Below are positions 24,934 through 38,399 of a stretch of 64,000 bases of DNA, piece after piece. The position numbers were made by a program, and so were the translations under genes. How positions within the stretch are numbered: position 1 is the stretch's first letter; each line of letters begins with the position of its first letter. The notes under the pieces were generated by a model that saw nothing but the letters and a program-made list of their open reading frames with translations, did no database searches and was not told the origin of the DNA. The stretch comes from Botryllus schlosseri (lineage: Eukaryota), in assembly GCA_051294905.1 (NCBI GenBank), contig CM119372.1:37884001-37948000 (forward strand), given 5' to 3'.

Positions 24934-26114
24934 CTGCAATTACAAATTGTACTCGAGGTTAAAAGGTTGAGTGTATACTAGGGTTGTTAAAATATAACTT
25001 TTTTTCCAAATTTCACTCGCTTAGTGATATAATTGTCAGGTTGCCTAAAAAACGCTAAACACCATACTTGGGTCAATTCCGACCAGTAAAGGCCGTGCAA
25101 TGATGAATTGAAATTTCGACCATTTTTGAATTTAAAGTATTTACGGTGAAAAATTTCGTCACTTCAATATTACCAAATATCGTGTTCCAGGCATGTCAGG
25201 CATGCTTTTTTCAAAGGTTTACATCTTGATACTAGGCTGTGATAGAGTTGACATAATGGAATTGTTATTTAATGAAAAATTAATTAGACACTGATTTGCT
25301 GGAAATGAGCAGAGGTGGTCAGTAACGGAGTACTTCTACTTTTTGGAAGTACTCAAGTAACTTTCCTCTACTTCTGGTACTTACTCGAGTAGATCAGATA
25401 TTCTCTACTTCTACTTCGTAATATTTTGCGATCTACTTAGTTACTTTTCGCTATTTTCAGTTTGTCAAGTAAAAGTAGTTTAATCTCCCAATAGGAAAGA
25501 TAGCGTGAGGAATTTCGGGGCTGTTTTCACGGAGTACCAACATTTAATATTCATAAAAGTTCAGTAAAGCCCAGAAATTTTGTTGCGCTTCGCGCACGAT
25601 AGTTATGAGGGTACAAATATGTCTTTACGAAAGTATAAGTGAATATAATTTAGGTACCGGATTGCTTGCTTCCACTCACACCGCATTGTCGCCCATATCA
25701 AATAATTCATCACAGTAAATATGGCGCACCATAGCGCTTGAAACTACCGTTTCGCAATCTAGCAATTACCTATCATATCGTAATCTATAGCAGCCCATTA
25801 CGTGTCTTGCTAATCTGGACAATCCAGCTTTTTTGAACGTTTCACCCGTTTTAGCAGATCATCTTTGAAGCTTTATGGACAAAAGACATGAAATATATTT
25901 TCCGCTTTTCAGAAGTGGTATTTGTATTTAACTTTCAATTGCGAGTGCCATACTATGAGTTCTAATTACTTTCAGTTATTTGGTCTGCAAAACATACATG
26001 TTGAAGCATAAAAGCAAGTGTAGTAATACCGCTATTTTATAAAAGTAAAGCCACACTAATTATAACTTTTACGATCCACAGTATTGGTTTTTATAGTATA
26101 CTAACCGCGTAAAG

Positions 26115-27268
26115 CAGGGGTGGCCAACCTTTTCAGCCAATTGGCCAAATTCGATTGGCCGACTATTGCGCGGGCCACTAGCCGCGCTAAGTGCGAACAT
26201 TTTCCGAAGTTCATAGGTCAACAATATTGTCACTTGACTATATTTCGGTCCTGCTGTATATCGCTGGTCTCAGTTTGCTAGGACTTCACTATTCAGCGTC
26301 TGGACATATCGATATCGAAAGCTTCGACCAACATGCGTCATTCATTTTGTGCCTAGGTTTCATAGTCGATGGTCTTTCTGCGAGTGCAAACGAAGGTCGC
26401 ATATGTTGAACGACACTTTGTCTCGTAATCGCGAATATAGTTAGACTCAATCTGATACATTTGGCGTTCTTTCATTTTCACATGGGGACAACAATATTAA
26501 AAGTAAGAAATCGAGTGAAAACATGTTGCGCGAAGCGTGTAGAAAATTTGTACTTTTGATAAATCTACCGCAAATTATTCTGCTTTATTGTATAGGGTTA
26601 CCATACGTCCTCTTTTAAGAGGATTTGTCCTCTTATTTGACTTTTTTGAAAGCGTCCTCGGAGGACGGGCTTTTGTCCTCTTTTTTGAGATTTTGTCCTC
26701 TTTTTGAAAATTTAGGTCAGATTTAAAGCAAATTGCGAGTGAAATTAGTGCCGCAAATTAGCAGAAAAGTGACGCTCCTGCGGGTATTTCGTGGTGAAAA
26801 ACTGTGATTTTAGCTCTGAGCGGAAAGTTGACCTTTTTTTTAGTCATCCACCCAGCAAAGTGGAGACAAAAACGTTATTTTTAGCTCTCAGAGGAAAGAT
26901 GACTTTTTTTTAATCCAACCGATCGCAAAGTGGGAAAAATTCACCGGTTTTTGAGAATTCTTCTCCGGTTTTGCAAGTCTCAAATTTCTGAAAAAGAGTC
27001 CTCTTTTTAGATTTACAAAATATGGTAAGCCTATTATTGTAGTGTCCGAAGATCTACCAAAATGTGACTAGCTCATGGACCTGCAAATGCGTCGAAACTG
27101 ATATTTTAGTTTTCACATCTCAAGTGTTGCGGCCAGACTAATCAAATTTTTGCTTTGCCTTGCAAGTTCACAATCTGTGTAATCCATTTTTGGCGATAAT
27201 ACTAATTTCGGAAATTACCTCGCCGGCAACTCAAAACCTTCCCGCGGGCCACGGGTTAGCCGGCCCTG
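26115..27268 (+). mobile_element. hAT-like MITE nested in 25310-27749
   Basis: Ends CAGGGGTGGCCAACC / GGTTAGCCGGCCCTG; TSD GCGTAAAG. Confidence 0.9.
26593..27033 (+). mobile_element. MITE, TAGGGTTACCATA family, nested in 26115-27268
   Basis: Same ends as 21905-22290; TSD TTATTGTA. Confidence 0.9.
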
Positions 27269-28123
27269 GCGTAAAGTGATGAAACCATATCCGATACAAG
27301 TTCAACGTAGTGCGCTTCGCCGAAACTTGGGGCCATATCATATGGGGTAGGGCGCCATACCATGATATTCTCTAAAACAGAGTCTTCTAGTAAACAAAGG
27401 GTTGGTATCGCGGTTTCATATCAATACTATAATTTGCATCCCATGATGCGAAAGAATGCTTATTCTGTCGAAAATTGATACCTCCTGGGATGCATCAATA
27501 CGAATCAAGCTCTCTGCACCTTCCGCATAGCTCAATCCGCAGCTTTTGACAGTCCATGCGAAGAATTAAGACTGTTTTCAAAACTACTTACTTACTTGAG
27601 TAGATTTAAAGTCAGTCAATTCTACTTCTACTTCAAGTAGTCTTAGGTGGCTTATTGAAGAAGTACTTCTACTCGTACTTGAGTAGATTTTTTCGTCGCT
27701 ACTTCTACTTCTACTTGAGTAGCTATCTTGACTACTTTGACCACCTCTGATTTCGACACATTTTGAAGTGGTCACTGTGTCCATAATACACGTCACCTCG
27801 GGTATGTGACATCAATCGAAGTAGTTGTGGTTTGCGTCGTTTTGTCGATCAATGGTATAGCAGTAAAAGTTGGAATGTATACCTGTGAGTGTCGCTGTCA
27901 CCTGTCACGATTCGCTCCTCACGGTATGATGAACAGTAGGAAAACTCTACGTTCTCGTTTATCGCCCTGGTGGCGTTTGTTTTCAATTCGTCCGCCGGAT
28001 AGTAGAATCTTACACCAATGCATATTCTATCGCCGCTGTATACTCAATACGCTGACATTGATTGAATAAATGACCCAGCTATATCTTCCTGATTACAACT
28101 TTTAACGGCCAGAACAAGGGCGC

Positions 28124-29509
28124 TGTTGTAAGCAAAGAGATACTTTACTCGTATTCCTCGAGTTAACGCTTCGTTATGGCAGGCGGTTCCAGCACCACTC
28201 GGATATATAAGCAGTATGAAGACATCATTTCTTGTAACTAGTCTTATCTTACATCGGATCTTTTACGTCGCGTGCCAGTCCGATTACTGGTCAACGTGAG
28301 AACGTCAGTTACTATCGGCGAAACGCTCTGATTTGGCTTATATGATTTGGATTTCTTCACCTGCATTTGATCCGACGATGGATTTGAGATTGAAATATAT
28401 ATGTATACATTATGGTTTATACCCGTACAGAGATTGCTCTTCCTTCAACAACGAAATTTTATTACATTGGCAACGAAGGATGATATTTCAATGAGCAGTA
28501 TACGCGCTAGGCACCCATCCATTCAGGCGGAAAAATAGGTGCATCGCCAACTTGTGAAACGCTAAACTAAAAACAATGATGTAACTATGTTTCAAAGATC
28601 GTGTGACGAGACAAGCATATTCGAATATTTGGTACGGCCAGTCAGGCGATAATTTCACCATGTGATTGTGAGGGTATCAGTATGATGTAGCGAGAAATCG
28701 ATAAAAAATATATTGTTTATTGCAGGTAAATCGAGTACACGTTTCATATAACACTATCAGCTTCCCCGATGGGTTTCTCAGGGTGACCCAATCAGTCACA
28801 GATAAGAATTACAACTATCTGATGGTATATCGGCGCAGGTGGGCAATTTATGTGAGCCCATTGAACTATTCAAGTCAATACAGGCCCAGGAGAATGATCG
28901 ATGATGTAAACTGTAAAAGGTTAGGGGCATTTAGTTATTTATTACGCATTGTTCAGAAGCGACATCATGCGAGAAGACTATACTTGAGACTTGAGTGCGA
29001 TAAACTTTATTGTATATTTGTATTCGTCAATGAATTTGACGTTTATCCATATTTTGGCAGCCGTAAAAGTGATGCGATCGTAAAGAATGCTGCAATAAGC
29101 AGAAACGTCGCCTTGAGGAACGCCAATTCACATTTCCGAAACTTGTGTCGAGCGATACTGGCGTGAGAAAGTTGCAATTTTGTATATGTTGTGAACCCTA
29201 AAGCGCCGCGTAGAAAGACGCCTATTGTAGGTAGAGATTTCGTGGAAGATGTTGTATAAGATCAAGTGAGAGATTAGGCGATGTCGAACGACACTAGCGA
29301 GGTTAACTTAAAAATTGTATGCTATCCGCCAATGAAGATAGTGTTCTATACGTAAGAGGACTTAGTAGATTTGTCGATAAAATACGGAGATGTCGCCGAA
29401 ACCATAATCATGGAATGTTGATTTCCGAAACGCTGAAAAAATGTATATTGATTTGGGTTGAATCAGTGTGACGTTGCAAACAATGGGTATATGACCAAGG
29501 TATTCTGTA
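28124..29509 (+). mobile_element. Decayed Gypsy-like LTR element fragment (putative LTR 28124-28466, PBS, gag/protease remnant)
   Basis: TGTTGT...TTACA followed by TTGGCAACGAAGGAT, resembling the Gypsy TGGCGACGAG PBS; VYVV...PIVGRDFVE (~29182-29250) resembles the retropepsin C-terminal LLGRD motif. Confidence 0.45.
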
Positions 29510-29517
29510 ATCTAGGC

Positions 29518-32500
29518 CAGGGCTCTTCAACCGGGTGTATGGTACACGCTAGAGCAGCTGTGTCAAACTCAACTTGCGTCGCGGGCCGGATCCAAACCTT
29601 CAGATCGCTCGCGGGCCAGACTGGTCAAATGGTTCCAAATTGTTACCTCAAAATCCATGCCCGTGTTTTTTACTTGAATACCTTTTATTACGAAGCATAT
29701 ATACGTGATATTATGTTACATTATATTACTATCAAAGAGCCTCCATTCTAGCAACACCTTGATTAATATAATTAATATAATTGTGAGGAATACAAGAGAT
29801 TCAGCTGTAAACGCGGACGTTGGAATTTGGTTCATCAGGATTAAATCGCGATTCGGGTTTCTGTGGATGCCAGGAACCTTTTGAGCCAAAACGGATGCGG
29901 CCCGCCGGCCATAGGTTTGAAACTCCTGCCCTAGGGGGGACCATAATTGTTAAAGGGTGTACCACTCGCATAGGGTGTACTGCGGGGTGTACCGAATCCT
30001 TATTGCAATGGAGCAGTGCTCTTCAACCATGGGGATGGTACGCACTTGTGCAAATAGAAAAAATTTCAGGGCGGATAACAAGCGTGGTGCGGATGGTGCG
30101 AATAAAAATTCAGATGAGTGCAGACCAAAATTGTTCATATTTCTCACTGTTTCTGACATGAAATAACTCAAATATAATTAATAGGATACTAAGTACAGTG
30201 ACTCCGTAACTTATGTCTTTTCGATACAATTCTAAAGACTTCTTGGTAGCTGTGATTTTGAAGTTCACAATTGAGAAACGCTCCCGATGCGTTTATATGA
30301 CGCAGTTTGAGAGAATTTTTCCGCGCGAGAGGAATACGCCACAACCGAGAAAAAATAAGTAGTATAATCGGGTTTACTTGTTCGGAAATATCCAACGTGT
30401 AAGGACCGGGTAGGTAATAGCAGCCGATGCCAGTGTTGACATTTGACATACTTAGGTGCCAAATATCGGAATTGTGACACATATTCATGTTGGTTGGCAC
30501 CGGAATTTTGCGTCTATCTCGTTGGTCCTTTCGACTGTCGTCAGCTATCACAATTAGCACATAAATATTAAGCACATTAGATCTGTAACAGATCTCGCTT
30601 ACTCTTGTAACTGAAAAGTATTTAAGGTTGCTTAAAATAAAACTAGAGTAAGCACGTATCAATGAAGAAATTATAACTGCGAACTGGCTAACGTGATTTG
30701 TGACGTCAATAAAATTGTAACTGAAAAACTGAAAAGCGAAAAGTTAAATCGTGTGTTTCATGAACCTGCCAATGAATTGGGGGGATGAGAGAGAGCGCGT
30801 CTTGTTTATCACTCCGAAGTGAGATGGTTCTCTCGCGAAAAAGTAATAGAGAAGGTTTGGAAGTTGCAAGGGGAACTTGTTGCGTGGTTTAATTAGCGAG
30901 ATGATCATAAAGCTCAATAGATTCAAGACTTATTCTGAGATGCCAGGTTAGCTTATCTAGTTAATAAATTCGGTATGGTTAATAAGTTAAACACCACTCT
31001 ACACGGAAAGGGAAATGATATATTCGCAGCGACCTCAGAAATGACTTCATTCAAGCAAAAACTTCAAATTTTAAAAGAACAAATATGCAGTTACAGTCTT
31101 AAAGATTTGAAGACGTTACAGGCCGACATGTCTACATGTGAATGGGAAAAAAGAGCACTAGTTAGAGCAGCGTATCATACAGGTGCTGAGCTCTCACGTT
31201 CCCTTTCTGAATAATAGTTTGAAATCTCATCTCCCCGCCATCGGGGAGATGACTTGAAAACAAAACTGTGAGTTTTGAACCCCTCGGTGAACAGGGGCCT
31301 CCGGGACCTTTGGGACATACTCGTGGAAGCGATTTCTGCCAGCAAGAATTTTTTAATCGCGGTAAACACTGTGTATTTTGGATAAGCGTTCTCGATACAG
31401 CTCGTATCATATTTACGTAGCCTGTAAATTACATTCATTTTGTGATGTCATAAGCATATGTTTCATGTCATCATTTAACCGTTAGTAATGGACTTATTGG
31501 TGCCTTTTGAAGTACAAGAAGGTAGAGTTAACATGTGTTCAGCTTGCGATATCTGTCTGTAATGATTCTCGAGGAAACCGTGGCGATAGATCAGACATTT
31601 TGAATCGGTACTTCTTGCGACAAGCTTATAAATAACGCTGTGTACATAATTGCCAGGGGATCCCAGGGTTTATAGTTTGAGAACCACCACGTTTGATGGT
31701 GGTCCGGTTAACTCGAGCCCTGGTAAGTATTTAGCATTTCCTATACGTTGCAGCCCTGCTCCATACTTATTTCGATTAGGCGAGGAGTGACCAACCTGCG
31801 GACGTACGGCCGCGTGCAGCCGTAAAATCATAATTATGCGGCCGCCTACATATAATTGAATTGGCGTGTGTTGGCGACCGTCAATATGCAATTTGAATGA
31901 AATAATTGGTTCCCGAATCTTTGAGAGATTTCAATGCAACCTGAGACTTTTCTTCACGCTTAGCGCGATTCAGGGTGATTCGGATTTTTCGTTTTTAATA
32001 TAATAGTGTCCTTACAATCTGAGCGAACAAATGCGAACGACAAAGGAAAATGATGCACCGCAAAAAAATAACAGGATGGAATCGTGTGCGTTTCACGAAT
32101 GAAGGTGTTTTCTGGCACGTTTGGACGATTCCAATATATTTTGAAATTACCGACAATCCAGATGGGAGGTCAAGAAATACCAACAGGCAACAAAGTGATT
32201 ATTAAAAACCGGAAGATGAATCATCAGTAATTTTGTGCCCAAATTCGCGTCTTTGGTGCATATAAAGTAACCTGCGGGGATGTTCTGCTTCTACGATTAG
32301 AAACGCTCGCACGCAAGGCAGGCTATATCTCAAGAAATAAGTGATGGCACAGAGCACCACGATGGCTCTCCGCGGTGCAAAGTTCCCAGAAGTCAATTTC
32401 ACACGAGCATTTGTCGTCCAGATGGGCCATGACGACTCTTCGCTGGAATGCGGCCGTATGCTATATATGTAAGGGAAGTGTGGTATACCGATTGCAAAAT

Positions 32501-33540
32501 TGCAAGATGATCTCTGGCTCTCAAATCTTCAGCCGAGAATAGCAGATCGTTTGCTGGCTTAACACTTTGATACAAGCGCTACCTATCGTGGACATTTACA
32601 TGAATATCCACCTTTTCAAAAAATCTTTATGAACGTTCAAAATTTGTTGCTTGAACGTATGATCGGTCCCCATCACCCGGTCGGTCCCACAGCGCGCGAC
32701 CATGGGATGTATGAGAAATACGCTAAAAAACTCGAACTTTTCATCTTGTTTAATTGTGCACTATAATCTAAGCTACAGCAAGACAATGAAGAAAGTTTCG
32801 TCACCACGTTCAAGAATAAAATAGATTGTTTCAACTCAAATGTTGGCGTAAAATCCCTTTTTGATTTACGCCCAAACTTACCAAATTAATGGCACATACA
32901 TATTTTTCGTAAATCGGTATTTTGACTTTCGAATACCTCGTTATAGCGATAAAACACCACAGGTAACTATGATTTGTGGCCTCTATTTACGTAGGCATGT
33001 TTCTCTAGTTAAGTGATTAGTTGCTCCAAATATTTTGCTTGATTTGGGTACGGTACTATAGGCCCCCACCCTATAAATATTGTAATTGAATTGAAAATAG
33101 TCCACCCGAGGTTGGTATTGAGTTTTAAAAAAATATGTGGCATTGTATACTCTGATACAAGCCCTACCCTTCGCATTAAAAATTATAGCTGGTTTGTTAG
33201 TGAGGAAGGTGACATAGAAAAATGTACACGTCGAATAAAATTTATTTTACACCCCCCAAAACATAAATCATCTGTCACAGACCCCATAACTCATGCAGGT
33301 CTAAGTTTTTTTTGCATCCGAGGAAAGACTTTGCCAGCATGCTACTGTAGATAAATTCGCGTATGTAATCAAGGGATTATCACAGGGACTTTTTCAAGTA
33401 TTTCTGGTCCATCGGTACCACATCTCTCCTAATCGAAGTGCAGCTTACTGCGGAATCGGTGTATTATGCGGTCAGGGGTGTACAAGGTTTGAGTAAACGT
33501 TAAAAGGGTGTACCACGACGGAAAAGGTTGAAGAGCACTG
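29518..33540 (+). mobile_element. hAT DNA transposon, decayed, with nested inserts
   Basis: TIR CAGGGCTCTTCAACC / GGTTGAAGAGCACTG; TSD ATCTAGGC (29510-29517, 33541-33548); GGGTGTAC subterminal repeats. Confidence 0.85.
30750..31300 (+). pseudogene. hAT (Buster/Charlie-type) transposase remnant
   Basis: YHSEVRWFSREKVIEKVWKL and LAYLVNKFGMVNKLNTTLHG match the HTEVRWLSRGKVL and LAYLxDIFxxLNxLNxxLQG motifs; stops and frameshifts present. Confidence 0.8.
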
Positions 33541-34503
33541 ATCTAGGCTGATAGACGTTGTGAAAGTGAAATAGCCCGAATGTTGTATTCAAATCGTTTC
33601 TAAACATTCTATTGTACATTTCAAATTTTCAGGGTGGATGATTTCGTACCATTTATCCATATTTCTTTCCGTAATCATATAATGTTGTTGGGGATCTTCG
33701 GCACTTGTTAGAAATGTATAGGCTACTCCGATAAATTGATTTTTTACAAGTGGCCCGTTAACAAAGAAAAAATTAAATTGGGTAGGATTGAGCATAAAAT
33801 GATATAAATTAGAGAGAAATTGGGATATATATTCAAATTATCATTTGTGATTGCAAAGCTTATTTTTTTAGTTTCTGCAGTTCTGATGATATTTCGGCAG
33901 CTGTATCCTATTTCTGTAAGATCATTGTGCTACTTGACATTTGCTGTTTGTTACCATTTTTTGATTTACGCAGTAGAATCAATTTTCTATATCCGTCTTA
34001 CTGTATTTTACTATTGTCGATACCTGAGCATTAAGGCACGCGAGTAAATATATACGATAACTATTTATTGATACAGTATTTTGATCTTTCAATAACATTT
34101 CGATACCAATACGAATGAATTAGGCACACATTAATTTGATTTTATAAACAGACACTTCTTCATCTTGGCTATCTCTATTATAACAAAGCTTCAATTGATC
34201 ATGAGGACAGCGTATGTGATGACTTGGATTATCGCTTTGAGTCTCGCCTACAGTTCCTCTCGAAACGAGCATCACTCAACTCGCAGACGTAAGTTGTGGT
34301 TAGGTTTCACGATAAACTTGTCGATTCGGCATATTTGCTCTGGATTCAATGATCGGTTTGACTGACCTCATAGCGTATTAGTTTCGTACTGTTCATTGGA
34401 AAAGTCGACAAGGGAAGGCGCACTACTGTTCTTAACGTATTGATTTCGAAGTTATTTTTCGGTCGCATTCATTACCTACAAATGGGGAAGCGATAATTTA
34501 GGA

Positions 34504-35422
34504 CAGGGTTCGCCAACTCGAAACGGCTCGCGTCCACTTTTCTAATTTCGTAGCTGCCGCGGGCCGCATGCATTCAATATCGATACAAAATAGGCAACTA
34601 CGTTTTAAAACTCTACGTAAGTACAACGCTGTGCTACCCATAACATAGGGGATTGGCATGGTGACCACAAAAGAAGTAATATTTTATTAAAGGAATACAA
34701 ATACAACAGAAAATCATTATCATCAATTTCATTTTATTTTGAGCTCTGAGCTCTGTACGATACCTCGAAATGCTTTTCAGCGACTAAAGAATCGATATTG
34801 TGGCTAGCGAGATACGTTACTAACTGAGAGACCATCTCCACGTGAAGCTTGTTCCTGTGGAGAAGCCTTAAGCCAGTGGTTCTCAAATGTTTTTAGACAC
34901 GTTTCGCTTTATAAGACTGAAAGATTTCGCGCTCCCGTTACCGTTTGGAGGCATGGAAGGTTATGACTGTTGATGAGAGAATTCTATAATATGAAGTCCG
35001 GACTATACACAGAGCGATAACTATCAATAAGGGATGAATCGCGCGAAGCGCGAAAATTTTTTCAGTTGACCGCAGCTCCACGCTCCCTTCAAATGTTTTC
35101 CGTCCCCAGTTTGAGAACCACTGCCCTAAACCGTTTTCTAGCGGTCTCGGTCTCGACAGTGTTTGGGCAATTGCACGTTAAGGCAATATGTCCATTGTTC
35201 ATTCATATCAACTGATCAACTGACGCGATGGAATGCTGTTGCCATTGTCAAAGCCGTTTTAGCTAGTGACGAATAGTGTGTTGGACACAGGATAATAGCT
35301 TATTCTGAAACAACAACAACAATATGTTGAAACTGTACTCAATTTCACGATTTCAAAATGCTATTCTTAGCTTTCTTCCGGAATCTCAAATCAAGTCGCG
35401 GGCCGCGTGTTGGTGACCCCTT
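34504..35422 (+). mobile_element. hAT-like MITE with nested CAGTGGTTCT element (~34873-35123)
   Basis: Ends CAGGGTTCGCCAAC / GTTGGTGACCCCTT; TSD ATTTAGGA / ATTCAGGA. Confidence 0.85.
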
Positions 35423-36727
35423 ATTCAGGACCTTCAAAACGACAAATAACATCTGACGGAAGGCTTAGCATTAGATTAGCATTAGATCCACGCACAAGCA
35501 CATATAGTTATGGTGATTGTGTCTCATGCATACCGTAAAATCATAACATATAGGAAGTCACGGTTTCGGCTTTGAATTTCCGACTTTTGGCAACTATTCA
35601 ACTGTGAGAAGCAAAGTATGCGCTCTGCAAGCCTATCCTACTTGAAACACCTATTAGTATGATTAAACACGTCATAAAGTACTGTGAGTTCTGCAGTCTT
35701 AAGTTCATGACGAACGGCGGTTAATTAGGCTTGCAGTTGAACAGTGCTGATGAATACGGTTTCTCGAATACGGTTTCGTTATTTACTTGTGACTCATTCG
35801 TTATTTAAAATGAATTCTCTTGGGCATTGCACAATGCACAATTGCACATGCACATGCACATACACAATTGCTATTTGGTATTACTTATTGGTATTCGACG
35901 ATCGTACTACGGGCACTATTTCAATTTTAAATATTTAGGCATATACAAATGGAATAGTAGCAAAGACGAAATATGAAATGGTTTCGACAAATTTTCAACA
36001 GAAATACGCTAGGCAATAACCGTAGGTGAATGCTCCAATCCCGAAATCAACATATCAGAGATCCTATATTTGATTTCGGAGGCTGATTCAGGGTAACGTG
36101 ATTCCACTTGACGTAACAAATGTCACGGTATAGGCCAGCGTACGAAGATGGAGATACTTATCTCACCATTGTTTATATAACTTCGCGTATTCTGCTCATT
36201 TTCTCGCGTCTCAATAGTTCTAGACGCGATGAGCAGCTTATTCAATGACTCTATTTTCAAGCACAAAGGCAACTTGAAGCAGATTTGATCCTTGCGATAA
36301 AATTCGGCTAGGGTGCTCTTGGTCCATGATGTCTTTCAACTCCCGTTGCAGTGCCTGAAACAGGACTACTGGAATTTATTTATTCAAGACCGTAAGAGAT
36401 TTTCGAATGTTGTCATAATAAAGTCGTAATCACCGTGCCCACAAATCTAAAACGAAATGACAGGTGAACACTAAATAGCACAAATGTTTGAAATCTATGG
36501 TTTTCGAGCCATTTATGGTTTCAAAAAACGTCATAGCTATGGATTGTGAAGCGGAATACAGATTTTTCGTAAATTTTCCTAAATTTACATAAAGTAGAGT
36601 TTCCAGGAGTATATTTATTCAACTTGAACTTTACTTCGTGCGAATAAATTCTTGACTTTTATGTGGGTATATCTTCCTCCCGAAGACAAAATGCAAAATA
36701 TCGCATAAGCGACAAGTGGGTCTACGT

Positions 36728-37517
36728 CAGGGGTCGCCAACTCAAAACGGGTCGCGGGCCACTTTTCAAATTTCGTAGCGGCCGCGGGCCGCATGAATTC
36801 AATATCGATATAAAGTAGGCAACCACGTTTTAAAACTCTATGTCAGTACAACGCTGTGCTACCTAACATAGTCGGTGGGCATAGTGATTACAAAAGAAGT
36901 GATATTGTATTAGAATATCACCGTCATCAATTTCATTTTATTTTGAACTCTGAGCTGTGCACGATACCTTGAAACGATTTTTGGGGCTAGCGATATACGC
37001 TACTAGATGAAAGACCATCTCCACGTAAAGCTTGATCTTGTGAAGAAGCCCTAAGTCAGTGGTTCTGAAACCTTTCTAGACATGTCCCGCTTTATGATAC
37101 TGGAAATTGTCCCCCCTCCCCTTATTGTCACATCACAAAATGCATCCATAGAGCTAGCAATCCGAACGGATAGTTTAATGGCATGGATGGTTATGAATGT
37201 TGATGACAGAATTCTATAATATGAATTCGGGACTATACAAAGAGCAATAACTATAACTATGAACACGAGATGAATCGCGCGTAGTGCGAAAAAATTTTCA
37301 GTTCACTGCAGCTCAGCGCCCCCTTCAAATGCTTTCACGCGCCCACAAGGCGACACGCCCCACAGTTTCAGAACCACTGCCCTAAACCGTTTTCTAAGCG
37401 TCTCGGTCTTGGCAGTATTTCAGCCATTGCAGGTCAATTTCAGCATTTGCAAAATGTTTTCTTAGCTTTCTTCCGAAATCTCAAATCAAGTCGCGGGCCG
37501 CGTGTTGGTGACCCCTG
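36728..37517 (+). mobile_element. Second copy of the same composite MITE (nested element ~37057-37379)
   Basis: Ends CAGGGGTCGCCAAC / GTTGGTGACCCCTG; TSD GTCTACGT. Confidence 0.9.
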
Positions 37518-38399
37518 GTCTACGTCTACCAGTATTCGCATTTACGAGAGAACGGTATATTCCTCGTATCGTTTGAGACCGTTGAAGACCATTCAAATGC
37601 TTTAAGCTAGGAGTCTCTAGCCGGCGGATGCGGAAATATTAGACACTACGGATTTTGATGTTAGCCATCATCTTAGCCACGACACACCAGGCACTTGAAG
37701 TTTCGGCCAGAAGTGCGCTCACAGAAAGGTCGATGGCGATAAAATGTTGACCGAAATGATTAACGCATGTTGGCCAAAACTTTCGATATTGATTTGCCCC
37801 GGCGCCGAAATGGACGGTGCCGAATATAGTCCTTGCAATCCCAGCCCCGAACGGAAAAATAATGTACCCCGTGAAGAAATATGAATTTGGAATCGCGTGC
37901 GTCTCACGAAAACAGTTTTTTCTCTCAATTTAGTCTGATAGGCGTGAGCAACTCCAATATCGTATATTTGAGTAGCAAGAATCGTTGCCGGAGGTCATTG
38001 AATAGCAACATGCTTAAACAAGCTTATTACTGTTATTATGATACAACGACGATGGTGGCGCTTATCGCACGTCCAGGATTTGTACGCCACGATAGTGTAT
38101 TTTATAAATTTAAGTGTCTTTACTTTTAATTTAATGGACAACTTTTCATGCTTGTGCACTCCCACTCTTCAGTCACTTTCTTGCATCCACTTTCGGGTGC
38201 TTGTTGCTGACTTGGAGCTCAGCTAATTCTTTGTCTGGACTTTTTTAAGACGCTGTGTTTACAACGTGGTCGGCGTTAAAAATCCCAGATTAACCATCGA
38301 AACACAGAAAATCGAATCAGAACCCATTGGTGTTGTGACAGTTTTAATTAGCACACTGCATCACATACTTCCCATCCAGTTAATCAACAAGGTAATAAC

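Larger units (their letters stand above)
25310..27749 (+). mobile_element. Non-autonomous DNA transposon, CAGAGGTGGTCA family, with nested elements
   Basis: TIR CAGAGGTGGTCA / TGACCACCTCTG; TACTT subterminal repeats; reversed copy at 38400-39653. TSD not conserved. Confidence 0.8.

Noticed and set aside
28720..29166. 148-aa ORF as an intact gene
   Set aside because: No recognisable domain; lies within what looks like decayed LTR-element internal sequence.
36160..36355. Possible minus-strand exon (TTTCAG acceptor, ALQRELKDIMDQ...)
   Set aside because: All frames from the acceptor hit stops and no domain is recognisable.
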